Positions 1-8,979 of a DNA stretch of 64,000 nucleotides are shown one piece after another (position 1 is the first letter of the stretch; each line of letters begins with the position of its first letter). Source of the stretch: Eubacteriales bacterium (GTDB lineage Bacteria; Bacillota; Clostridia; Oscillospirales; QAKW01). The position numbers and the translations under genes were made by a program. The notes below the pieces were generated by a model. It was not told the origin of the DNA, did no database searches, and saw only the letters and a list, made by a program, of their open reading frames with translations. The stretch is from positions 11,713 through 75,712 of the forward strand of contig JAZQJG010000011.1 in NCBI GenBank assembly GCA_045541535.1, written 5' to 3'.

Positions 1-1694
1 CTTATCTGCAGGTGATCAGCAATCCCTATCGGGATATTCCCTTGGTAACGCTGTTGTATTCCGATTTCTATTGCTTTACCGCCAAGGAATTGGCGCAGAT
101 TCGCGCCGCTGACCGTCACGCCCCCTTCTACGACGCCCTGCAAAAACGGGCGGGGGAGAACGAGGCCTGCGCCCGTTTTCTGGAGGATGTGGATGCGTTG
201 CGACGGGCCGCCGTGGGGAAACGGAGCGACGAGGTACTGCAGATGATCTTTGCCCGTACCCATATTTTGGATCGGATCGCCTCTTACCCCGACGGTGGCG
301 CCAGAGTGGCCAATATGCAGATGCTGTTGCGCTATGCCGTGGATTATGAAAAGGAATCCTATAAGGGGCTCTTTTCCTTCCTCAATTATCTGGACAAGCT
401 CAGCGCTTTGGGGCAGATTTTGCCCGGCGCCCGCAGCGGCGACGATGCAGAGGAGTGCGTGCAGGTTTTGTCGGTACACAAGTCCAAGGGTCTGGAATAT
501 CCCGTCTGCTTTTTGGTGGGACTGGATAAGGGGATCCGGGATAAGGACAGTGACGTACTCATTTCCAATAATGAGCTGGGCTTTGCCGTAAAGATGCGGG
601 ATGACGACAGCTTTACCGAATATCCCTCCTTGCCTTACTTGATGCTCAAGGAGGCCAATCATCGGGATGCTCTCAGTGAGGAGATGCGAATTCTCTACGT
701 GGCCCTCACCCGACCCAAGACCCATTTGTATCTGGTCTGTGCAGAGGAACGGGCGAAACTCAAAAAAATGCTTGAACAGGTGGTTACTTATCACGGCACC
801 CAGCCCTCTGAGTTTTTGTCTACTTCACCTTCCACCCTCAAATGGTTGCTCTTTGCTCTCAGAGATCAGCAGGGAATGCAGTCGTTGTACGATGAGCTGG
901 AGATCGACTATACCGCCGCAAAGCGGGATTGCGATTTTGGCGTAAGTCTTTGCGCAGAGCTGGCAGACGGTCCGCAGCGTAAGGGCGGCGCTTCGTCTGC
1001 AGCGTTTGATCCGGAAGAGGCAATGCGATTGGCGCTGGCCCAATATCCTTTTGCTGCCCAGACCAAACTGCCCATCAAGCTCAGCGTTTCCGAGGTCAAG
1101 GGAATGCGGGAGCAGGATCCCGAGGCAATGCTGTTGATCCCCGAGAGCTTTGGCAGACGTCAGCCCTCCTTCCTCAGCGGCAAGACCATGGGCAACGTGG
1201 TGGGTAATGCGGTGCATAAATTTATGCAGTTTGCCGATTTCGGCACCTTGGCCCGGCCCGACGGCGTGGCAACGGAGAAAAAGCGTTTGCTGGAACAGGG
1301 CTTCCTCACGGAAAAGGAACTGGATATGGTGGAGGAGGCGCCGGTGCTGCGTTTTGTGGCCCAACCCCTCTTTCAGCAGATGATATCTGCCGACAGCCTG
1401 GAAAAGGAAAAACGGTTTTTCTTCACCTTGGCGGCAAATCGGATCTTCAATGGGTGTGAGGACGATTCACCCGTTTTGCTGCAGGGCGTGCTGGATTGCT
1501 GCTTTGAAAAGGACGGACAGACGGTGATCGTGGATTATAAGACCGACCGGCTGAAGGAGGCGTCCCAATTTGCAGAGCGCTACGGCCTGCAGTTGCGGCT
1601 GTATCGCTACGGATTGCGCAAGTTGACGGGTAAAAAAGCGGACAAATTGTACATCTACAGTTTCCATTTAGACGAAGTTATTGAAATTTCTTAA
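1..1694 (+). CDS. addA: ATP-dependent helicase/nuclease subunit A (AddA), C-terminal part; 5' end is outside the window
   Basis: The ORF is open to the window edge. It carries UvrD-type C-terminal helicase motifs (VHKSKGLEYP, RILYVALTRPK) and a RecB-family nuclease motif (VIVDYKTD ... QLRLY). Confidence 0.85.
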   Translation, partial: YLQVISNPYRDIPLVTLLYSDFYCFTAKELAQIRAADRHAPFYDALQKRAGENEACARFLEDVDALRRAAVGKRSDEVLQMIFARTHILDRIASYPDGGARVANMQMLLRYAVDYEKESYKGLFSFLNYLDKLSALGQILPGARSGDDAEECVQVLSVHKSKGLEYPVCFLVGLDKGIRDKDSDVLISNNELGFAVKMRDDDSFTEYPSLPYLMLKEANHRDALSEEMRILYVALTRPKTHLYLVCAEERAKLKKMLEQVVTYHGTQPSEFLSTSPSTLKWLLFALRDQQGMQSLYDELEIDYTAAKRDCDFGVSLCAELADGPQRKGGASSAAFDPEEAMRLALAQYPFAAQTKLPIKLSVSEVKGMREQDPEAMLLIPESFGRRQPSFLSGKTMGNVVGNAVHKFMQFADFGTLARPDGVATEKKRLLEQGFLTEKELDMVEEAPVLRFVAQPLFQQMISADSLEKEKRFFFTLAANRIFNGCEDDSPVLLQGVLDCCFEKDGQTVIVDYKTDRLKEASQFAERYGLQLRLYRYGLRKLTGKKADKLYIYSFHLDEVIEIS

Positions 1695-1702
1695 AAAAAT
1701 TC

Positions 1703-1731
1703 TTGCATTTTCAAAAAGCATATGGTAGAAT
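1703..1731 (+). promoter_or_regulatory. sigma-A type promoter for rpmE
   Basis: TTGCAT (1703-1708), 17-nt spacer, TGgTAGAAT extended -10 (TAGAAT at 1726-1731). Confidence 0.5.
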
Positions 1732-1773
1732 ATTTTATGCTATATTAGAAAATGACAGAAAGAGGTGAAACTA

Positions 1774-1977
1774 ATGAAAGAGGCAATTCATCCGAAGTAC
1801 GAGAAGTGCATCGTAAAGTGCGCTTGCGGTGAGACCTTCGAGACCCGTTCTACCAAGTCCGAGCTGAAGGTTGAAATTTGTTCCAAATGTCATCCTTTCT
1901 TTACAGGTAAACAGAAGCTGGTTGATACCGGTGGTCGTGTTGACAAATTTAAGAAAAGATATAATCTTGGCAAATAA
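1774..1977 (+). CDS. rpmE: 50S ribosomal protein L31
   Basis: MKEAIHPKY...CxC...[10 protein letters not shown] is the L31 signature. AGAGGTG SD lies 6-7 nt upstream of the ATG at 1774; the track's GTG at 1765 sits inside the SD. Confidence 0.95.
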   Translation: MKEAIHPKYEKCIVKCACGETFETRSTKSELKVEICSKCHPFFTGKQKLVDTGGRVDKFKKRYNLGK

Positions 1978-1983
1978 TAAAAA

Positions 1984-2017
1984 AGAGAGGACACTGTCCT
2001 CTCTTTTTGCTTTTTTT
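1984..2017 (+). terminator. intrinsic terminator after rpmE
   Basis: 8-bp stem AGAGAGGA/TCCTCTCT with a 5-nt loop, followed by a T-rich tract. Confidence 0.8.
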
Positions 2018-2035
2018 GATAATTTGAGGTGAGCT

Positions 2036-3517
2036 ATGAAACGGTATATTTTGGCAATTGATCAGGGAACCACCAGCACCAGAGCGCTTATTTTCAATAA
2101 GGGCGGCGCCATCGTGGCCTCTGCCCAGAAGGAGCTGACGCAGCATTATCCCCATCCCGGTTGGGTGGAGCATGATGCGATGGAGATCTGGGAGGACACT
2201 CGGCAGGTAATTTCCGAGGCAGTGCAAAGCGCCGGTATTTCCTACGAAAATATTGCCGGCATCGGCATTACCAACCAGCGTGAGACCACGGTGGTATGGG
2301 ATAAGGAAACGGGAAGACCCATTGCGCCTGCCATCGTTTGGCAATGCCGTCGCACCAGCGACCGCGCCGCAAAGCTGAAAAGCGGAGAGATGGGGGAGCG
2401 GATCTATCAAAAGACCGGTTTGCTTCCTGACGCCTATTTCAGCGCCACCAAGCTGGAATGGTTGCTGGATAACGTGGCGGGTGCCCGAGAGCGGGCAAAG
2501 GCGGGCAAACTGTTGTTCGGTACAATTGATTGTTGGCTGCTCTACTGTCTCACCGAGGGACGGGTGCACGCCACTGATTATACCAATGCTGCCCGTACCA
2601 TGCTTTTTAATATTCACACGGGACAATGGGACGAGGAGCTGTTGGCGTATTTTGATTTTCCCCCTGCAATGATGCCTGAGGTAAAGGAATGCAGTGGTAT
2701 TTTCGGTACGGCTACGGCCATTCCCGGTAATATTCCCGTTTGCGGTATGGCGGGGGATCAGCAGGCAGGCCTGTTCGGGCAGGGTTGTTTTTCCGCCGGT
2801 CAGGCCAAGAACACCTACGGTACCGGTTGCTTTTTGCTGATGAACACCGGTGAGACGGCGGCTATGTTGCCGGATACCGGTTTGCTTACCACCGTGGCAA
2901 TGGCCCGTGGAGGTAAGGTTACATATTGTCTGGAGGGCAGTGTATTCATCGGCGGCGCCGTGGTGCAATGGCTACGGGATGAACTGCATCTGATCTCCAG
3001 TGCCGCCGAAACCGAGGAACGGGCCCTCTCGGTGCCCGACAGTTGCGGCGTAGTGGTCGTTCCCGCCTTCACAGGTCTGGGCGCTCCTTACTGGGATATG
3101 TATGCCAGGGGTGCCATTTTGGGTCTGACGAGGGGGGCCGGTGCCAATCACGTCATCCGTGCCGCTTTGGAGTCCATCGCCTTTCAGGTGGAGGATCTGT
3201 TGGCGGCGATGAAGGCGGCCACGCCCATCACCTCCCTGAAGGTGGACGGCGGCGCCTGCGTTAATAACTTTTTGATGCAGTTTCAAGCGGATATTTCCGA
3301 TCTGCGCGTTATCCGTCCCCGTATTATTGAAACCACCGTGCGGGGTGCGGCCTTTTTGGCAGGACTTGCCACAGGATTTTGGAAAAATGATGAAGAAATT
3401 TTGGCATTGATTGCCGAGGATAAGCAGTTTACGGGGGAGATGTTGCCCGAAAAGCGGCAGGCTCTGTTATCCCGTTGGCACAAGGCGGTGGAGCGTAGTC
3501 AAAATTGGGAGGACTAA
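2036..3517 (+). CDS. glpK: glycerol kinase
   Basis: N-terminus ILAIDQGTTSTRALIF and FGGY-family motifs throughout; 493 aa; GAGGTGAG SD. Confidence 0.97.
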   Translation: MKRYILAIDQGTTSTRALIFNKGGAIVASAQKELTQHYPHPGWVEHDAMEIWEDTRQVISEAVQSAGISYENIAGIGITNQRETTVVWDKETGRPIAPAIVWQCRRTSDRAAKLKSGEMGERIYQKTGLLPDAYFSATKLEWLLDNVAGARERAKAGKLLFGTIDCWLLYCLTEGRVHATDYTNAARTMLFNIHTGQWDEELLAYFDFPPAMMPEVKECSGIFGTATAIPGNIPVCGMAGDQQAGLFGQGCFSAGQAKNTYGTGCFLLMNTGETAAMLPDTGLLTTVAMARGGKVTYCLEGSVFIGGAVVQWLRDELHLISSAAETEERALSVPDSCGVVVVPAFTGLGAPYWDMYARGAILGLTRGAGANHVIRAALESIAFQVEDLLAAMKAATPITSLKVDGGACVNNFLMQFQADISDLRVIRPRIIETTVRGAAFLAGLATGFWKNDEEILALIAEDKQFTGEMLPEKRQALLSRWHKAVERSQNWED

Positions 3518-4300
3518 ATGGGGATTTTTGACGGCATTTTGATTTTAAGTGATCTGGACGGAACGCTTTTGGAGCACGGAGTATTGCACGAGGAACAGCT
3601 TGCGGCGGTGGAATATTTTACCCAAAACGGGGGACTTTTTTGCCCCGCCACCGGCAGAGCGGAAGCGTTTATCAAGGAAAACTATCCCCGCTTGCCTCTC
3701 AACAGTTATTGTGTGGTGCGCAACGGCACCACCATCTACGATCCCAAGAGCAATTCATTGGTATGGGGCAAAGTGCTGGATCCTTCCGTCCGTCAGCGTG
3801 TGGCGGAGATTTGTCGGCGGTATGACAACGTGATCCGCGTTGCCTACCACTTTGCGGAGGAGATGTTGGTCATCTCTCGGGAAGACGTTGATTTTTTTGA
3901 GCGGATTCTGGGGGAGAAACGACCGATCTATAAGGCAGTCATTCATTTTGAGCCCAACGGTGCGGCTCGCCCTGCCGAGGATTATAAGGATTATACCGAT
4001 TTTCAGTACGTGCGCAGTACCCATTTTCTCTTTGAGATCATTTCCTGCGGCACCGGTAAAGGGGTCTGTGTGGGTCTGATTCGGGATATGGTGCCCAAGG
4101 GTACGCTGATCGTGGGAATCGGCGATTATGAAAACGACGTTTCTTTACTGCAGGCGTCGGATCTGCCGGTGGCGGTGTCCGGCGGCTGGGAGCCCCTTCG
4201 GGAATACGCCCGTTGGGTGGCGCCGCCCATAACGGAGCATCCCATTCGCTGGCTGGTGGAACGCTTGGAAGAGGAACGGACGGCAGGACGTATTTTGTAA
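3518..4300 (+). CDS. Cof-type HAD-IIB family hydrolase (sugar-phosphate phosphatase-like)
   Basis: DLDGTLL motif I and GDYENDVSLL motif IV. The ATG directly abuts the glpK stop (TAAATG). Confidence 0.8.
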   Translation: MGIFDGILILSDLDGTLLEHGVLHEEQLAAVEYFTQNGGLFCPATGRAEAFIKENYPRLPLNSYCVVRNGTTIYDPKSNSLVWGKVLDPSVRQRVAEICRRYDNVIRVAYHFAEEMLVISREDVDFFERILGEKRPIYKAVIHFEPNGAARPAEDYKDYTDFQYVRSTHFLFEIISCGTGKGVCVGLIRDMVPKGTLIVGIGDYENDVSLLQASDLPVAVSGGWEPLREYARWVAPPITEHPIRWLVERLEEERTAGRIL

Positions 4301-4372
4301 AAATTTTGACCGAAATTGTATGGTAAATGGGTATGGATTGTGATAGGATGACAGCAAAGGGAGGCGTTGAAT

Positions 4373-6238
4373 ATGTTCTTTAAACCGCAATATTATCGTC
4401 CCGGCGCGCCGGCGGCATTGCATCAGCATTGCCGTGTGGAAGGCGCACAGGGCTATGCCGCAGAGGTACTGGAGCAATTGGTTAAAACCTACGGCAGGGA
4501 AGCGGGCGAGATTCGCCGCATCGTCGTGAGGGACCGTCTGCCCGAGGGCTATCCTCTTTCTACCACCGAGGAGGGCTATGGGCTGGAGATTGCAGGGGAT
4601 ACCGCCTTGCTTGGCGGCGAGAGTGAGCGTGCTCGGATCTATGCCGCCGTTACCTTAAAGCAGTTGCTGGCCGAAAACGAGCTGAATGAGTGCATATTGT
4701 ATGATGCACCTGACTGCGCTTTCCGTGGCTATCGTGTGTTTCTGCCCGGCAGAGCGGCGATGGACGATTTTAAAAAGATGGTGGATACCATCGTAGACTA
4801 TAAATATAACCACATCTCTATGGAAGTGGGCGGCGCTATGGAATACAAGCGTCATCCCGAGATCAACGAGGCGTGGGCGGCGTTCGTGAAGGAGACCCAT
4901 CGGTATTCCGGCCGTAGTAAAGAGATTCAGGATGGTTATCATTGGTCCAAAAATTCCATTCACACCGATAACGCCGAGGGCGATATTTTGACTCAAGACG
5001 AGGTGCGGGAGGCGGTGGCCTATTGTCGCAGTCGCGGGCTGGAGGTATATCCCGAGGTGCCCACTATGTCCCACAGCGACTATATCTGTCTGGCGCATCC
5101 CGAGCTTGCCGAGCGGCAGGAGGATCCCTATCCCGATGCCTATTGCCCCAATCATCCCGATACCTATCCCATCGTATTTGATATTCTGGAAGAGATCATC
5201 GACGTTTTTCGTCCCAACTGGGTCAACATCGGTCACGACGAGATGTATTCCATCGGTCTGTGCGAGCGTTGCAAAGGGACCGATCCCCATATTCTTTATG
5301 CGCAGGATATTATCAAGCTTCACGATTGGCTGGCGGAGCGTGGTATCCGCACTATGATGTGGGGCGAAAAACTGTTGCCCGTCATTACCCCCGAGGGCAA
5401 GCACTACGGCGGCTCCGGCGGTCGTCGCCTTTCATCTAACGGCAGGGAATACGATCCCCTTCCTGTGCTGTTCTACTGTCAAAACCTGCTTCCCAAGGAT
5501 ATTTTGATGTTGAATTGGTATTTCCCCTTCGGCATCCAGTATGATTACGTATATCACACCCACGGTTATCCCGTGGTTTACGGGAATATGAACGCTGCAA
5601 GCGTTGAGCATTGGCGTCAGCGCCGAGAGCTGGGTGTCCGGGGTGGCACCTGCTCCAACTGGGGCTCCAACAAGCCTCTTTATATGCAACGCAACAATCA
5701 GTATTTCAATCTCATCTTCGGTGCCTACGCTATGTGGTCCACCGAATATGACGATCCCATGCTTCCTGCGGTGAAAAAGGCAACTTTTGAGGAGTGCTTC
5801 CGTCTCAAGCACGGCAGTCTCCATCCCAAGGGATATATCTTCATCACCCACACCACCTCCCTGCGCATTCCGTTTCATTCATTTTACGACGGTATCTTTA
5901 TTGAACCGGAAAAATATTTGCTGGGTCACTATGAGGTGGAATACACCGACGGCACTACGGCTTGTTTGCCGGTGGTGTACGGTGAAAATATCTCTTACAG
6001 CGGATTGAAATGCGACTTTGGCGAGGGCATTGACAATTCGGGCTTTGACGATACCGTCAATCTCAGCGAAAACGCCCTGAACGAGGTTTCCTGTACCACC
6101 ATCCCCTGCGTAAAGGGGGGCAAAACCTTTTACACGGCGGCCTTTGCCAATCCTCATCCCGACAAAAAGATCGCTTCTCTTTCCTACGCCTCCGTCAAAG
6201 ACGCCGAGGTCATCACTCTTTCCTGGAGTGAAGAATAA
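4373..6238 (+). CDS. glycoside hydrolase family 20-like protein (beta-N-acetylhexosaminidase-like), no signal peptide
   Basis: FRGYRVFLPGR...YKYNHISMEV TIM-barrel start and a GH20-like catalytic pair in VNIGHDEM. AGGGAGG SD lies 8 nt before the ATG at 4373. Confidence 0.7.
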   Translation: MFFKPQYYRPGAPAALHQHCRVEGAQGYAAEVLEQLVKTYGREAGEIRRIVVRDRLPEGYPLSTTEEGYGLEIAGDTALLGGESERARIYAAVTLKQLLAENELNECILYDAPDCAFRGYRVFLPGRAAMDDFKKMVDTIVDYKYNHISMEVGGAMEYKRHPEINEAWAAFVKETHRYSGRSKEIQDGYHWSKNSIHTDNAEGDILTQDEVREAVAYCRSRGLEVYPEVPTMSHSDYICLAHPELAERQEDPYPDAYCPNHPDTYPIVFDILEEIIDVFRPNWVNIGHDEMYSIGLCERCKGTDPHILYAQDIIKLHDWLAERGIRTMMWGEKLLPVITPEGKHYGGSGGRRLSSNGREYDPLPVLFYCQNLLPKDILMLNWYFPFGIQYDYVYHTHGYPVVYGNMNAASVEHWRQRRELGVRGGTCSNWGSNKPLYMQRNNQYFNLIFGAYAMWSTEYDDPMLPAVKKATFEECFRLKHGSLHPKGYIFITHTTSLRIPFHSFYDGIFIEPEKYLLGHYEVEYTDGTTACLPVVYGENISYSGLKCDFGEGIDNSGFDDTVNLSENALNEVSCTTIPCVKGGKTFYTAAFANPHPDKKIASLSYASVKDAEVITLSWSEE

Positions 6239-6309
6239 AACGTGCCCGAGAAGCACCCCATGGCTTGGCTGATCCATTATATTAAAATGATAAATCATAG
6301 AGGTGTGTT

Positions 6310-7854
6310 GTGAAATACGTATTGAAACATTATGACGATATTCGTGAAAAAGTAGAGAATCTTTCGGTTGACGAGCTTCTCAAAGCCGTCATTATGCCCA
6401 ATATTATTTTGGGATATAATGAAATGCCGGATGATGCGGTTTCGGTCTTTTTGCATCCTACCACCAAGCAAAAGGCAAGGGAGGCAATTGAGAAGATGAA
6501 TGGCGGCCGCGACGTTCCCGCACTCGTTGTTTCCGATATGGAGCACGGCGCAGGCGGCGCGATTACTGACGCTAATTCCGCTTTTCCGTCCATGATGGCA
6601 GCTACCGTTACGGGCGAGGAAAAGTATGCTTACGAAATGGGTGTTCTTGCGGCAAAAGAGGCGAGAGAAGCGGGTTATCATTGGACGTTCGGCCCTTGTG
6701 TCGATATTCTGATGAATCACTCCAATCCCGTTGTATCCATTCGTACGGCGGGGGATAATGCAGACGACGTTATTCAATACGGTGGTGCCTATATGCGCGG
6801 TTTGCAGGATACGGGTCTGATCGCAACGCTCAAGCATTTTCCCGGCGATGGCTGCGATGAAAACGACCAGCATCTTGCTTTGACTGTGAATCCTTTGAGT
6901 CAGCAGGAATGGGATGCCTCGTTTGGTAGAGTCTATTCCACTCTGATCGAGCAGGGTGCGATGGCGGTTATGCCGGGTCATATTTCGCTTCCTTCCTATG
7001 ATGAACCCGATGAAAACGGCATTTGCCCGCCCGCAACTGTATCGAAAAAATTGCTGACGGATCTGCTTCGTAACAAGATCGGCTTTGACGGTATTATCGT
7101 TTCCGATGGCGCCAATATGGGTGGCTTTTGCGGATACCGTAATATGTATGAGGCGGCGGCGATGTTTTTGGAGGCGGGCGGCGACTGCCTGATCTTTATT
7201 CACGCCACGCCTGAATATCTCGGTGAAATGAAAAAGCATATTGCTTCCGGCATACTGTCTATGGAATCGCTTAAAAACAGAGCATATCGTATGATGTGTT
7301 TTGCCCGACATTATTTTGAAATGCACGACGCAAACGAAACGGTGAAAAGCGACGTTGAATATACCTGCGCCATTGCAAGAGAAATTGCCGAAAAGAGCAT
7401 CGAGATCGATTACGATAGGGTGGATCTCTTGCCTTACGATATTCAAAAGGATACGAGAATTGCTCATATCATTCTGGCAAATCCCGGTATGCCGATGGAT
7501 GCGGCGGAAGCCTTTACCGAGGCTTTGAAAGAACTTTCCGACAACGTGACCGCACTGTCCGATCCCGGCCCTGACAAGCTCCATAAGCTTGCCAAGAGCG
7601 GAGAATACGATCTCATCATCTGTTCGGTTATTGCGGGCGCCAGTTGGGGGCTCAATACTTGTAAACTGACGGGTCGTGTCGCCCGTAATATGATGTGGGG
7701 CTGGACGAGAATGGGTGTGCCTGCATTGTTCGTCAACTTCTACAGTCCGTATTTTAAAGAGCAATACATTGCCTCGGTGGATACCAACGTCAATACCTAC
7801 GGCTACACCAAGCACACCATTCCTGCGCTGATTAAGAAAATCACAGGAAAATAA
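6310..7854 (+). CDS. glycoside hydrolase family 3 protein (NagZ/beta-glucosidase-like N-terminal domain), no signal peptide
   Basis: KHFPGDG and GFDGIIVSDG GH3 motifs; GTG start after AGAGGTG. Confidence 0.85.
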   Translation: MKYVLKHYDDIREKVENLSVDELLKAVIMPNIILGYNEMPDDAVSVFLHPTTKQKAREAIEKMNGGRDVPALVVSDMEHGAGGAITDANSAFPSMMAATVTGEEKYAYEMGVLAAKEAREAGYHWTFGPCVDILMNHSNPVVSIRTAGDNADDVIQYGGAYMRGLQDTGLIATLKHFPGDGCDENDQHLALTVNPLSQQEWDASFGRVYSTLIEQGAMAVMPGHISLPSYDEPDENGICPPATVSKKLLTDLLRNKIGFDGIIVSDGANMGGFCGYRNMYEAAAMFLEAGGDCLIFIHATPEYLGEMKKHIASGILSMESLKNRAYRMMCFARHYFEMHDANETVKSDVEYTCAIAREIAEKSIEIDYDRVDLLPYDIQKDTRIAHIILANPGMPMDAAEAFTEALKELSDNVTALSDPGPDKLHKLAKSGEYDLIICSVIAGASWGLNTCKLTGRVARNMMWGWTRMGVPALFVNFYSPYFKEQYIASVDTNVNTYGYTKHTIPALIKKITGK

Positions 7855-7863
7855 ATGATACTT

Positions 7864-7900
7864 AAAAAGGCTTTGAGCATTTAGCTCAAAGCCTTTTTTT
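7864..7900. terminator. bidirectional intrinsic terminator between the convergent GH3 and oxidoreductase genes
   Basis: GGCTTTGAGC/GCTCAAAGCC 10-bp stem flanked by an A-tract and a T-tract. Confidence 0.8.
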
Positions 7901-8885
7901 ACTTAGATAGTGTGAGGGCGTCGTGGAGCATTTGCTGGGCGGCTACGCCGTCGGCGAAGTTTGCCAAAATGGGGGAGGGCTCGCCTTGCTCCAAACCGTG
8001 GATAAAAGTGGTGATGGCCGCCTTGTGACTGCCGTAAAACATACCCATATCGTGCTTTCCGTCGGGATAATGAAGCAGATCCAGCAGCTCTTTTCCGGCG
8101 GTATAGGTGATGGTTTGCTTGCTTACAATATCATAAAATTCCAGCTCGTACGGGCGATCAAAAAGGATCCGCAGGCTACCCTTATGACCAAAGACCTCCA
8201 GCCCGTTTTCGCCGCTTCTGCCGGCAGAGATGCGGGAGATTTCCAGATAACCCTTGCCGGCATCACTTTGGAGAGTGCAACGGGCGTATTCGTCCACCTC
8301 GGTGCGCTCGGGAAATTCCGTATGTTGTTCACAGGCGATCACTCGGCTCTCACCGAATACAAAACGGCACAGATCAAACAGATGGATGCCCAGATCTGCC
8401 AGCGCTCCGCCGCCTGCCGCCGCCGTCATTCGCCACGCTTTGGGACGGGGTAGCACGTAGGAATCGTGGAGAAAGGCACCCTTGTAATAAATGATCTTGC
8501 CGATCTTTTCCTCCGCCAGCGCCTGCCTCAGCAAATGAACGCAGGGTAAAAACCGATAGTTAAAGGCCATACCGTTATACAGCCCTTTTTCCGCAAAGGC
8601 GGCCTGTATTTCCTTGGCCTCCACCAGTGTGGCGGCCAGTGGCTTTTCACAGTAAACGGGCAGATTTTTGGCCGCCGCCTGTAGGGAGAGGGCCTTGTGG
8701 GAATCGTTGGGGGTGCAAATGTCCAAAAAGAGCGGCTTGTTCTCGGTGGCCGTCTCAAAATCCGTATAGATGCCTTCCGTCTGTTGTTCGGGCTGCCGCC
8801 GCACCAAATATTCGGCGGGTAGGGGCGCCGTCTCTGCGTGTACGCCGCCGATATATCCTTTTCCCGCAATCAAAAAATGCTTCAT
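7899..8885 (-). CDS. Gfo/Idh/MocA family oxidoreductase
   Basis: N-terminal Rossmann IAGKGYIGG and the EKP motif (CEKPLA). I chose the ATG at 8885, preceded by GGAGAGAAAGG. The longer track ORF (to 9173) overlaps the divergent PBP gene and lacks an SD. Confidence 0.8.
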   Translation of the reverse strand: MKHFLIAGKGYIGGVHAETAPLPAEYLVRRQPEQQTEGIYTDFETATENKPLFLDICTPNDSHKALSLQAAAKNLPVYCEKPLAATLVEAKEIQAAFAEKGLYNGMAFNYRFLPCVHLLRQALAEEKIGKIIYYKGAFLHDSYVLPRPKAWRMTAAAGGGALADLGIHLFDLCRFVFGESRVIACEQHTEFPERTEVDEYARCTLQSDAGKGYLEISRISAGRSGENGLEVFGHKGSLRILFDRPYELEFYDIVSKQTITYTAGKELLDLLHYPDGKHDMGMFYGSHKAAITTFIHGLEQGEPSPILANFADGVAAQQMLHDALTLSK

Positions 8886-8979
8886 TTGATCAGATCCTTT
8901 CTCTCCCAGTGTAGCAGGAATTTGCGGGAAAAGCAATATTTTTATCCGTTCTGTCAAAACTATAAGCGGAGGTGAGGGT

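Noticed and set aside
6295-7815. 506-aa minus-strand ORF antisense to the GH3 gene.
   Set aside because: The sense strand carries GH3 signature motifs (KHFPGDG). The antisense product has no motifs and no start context.
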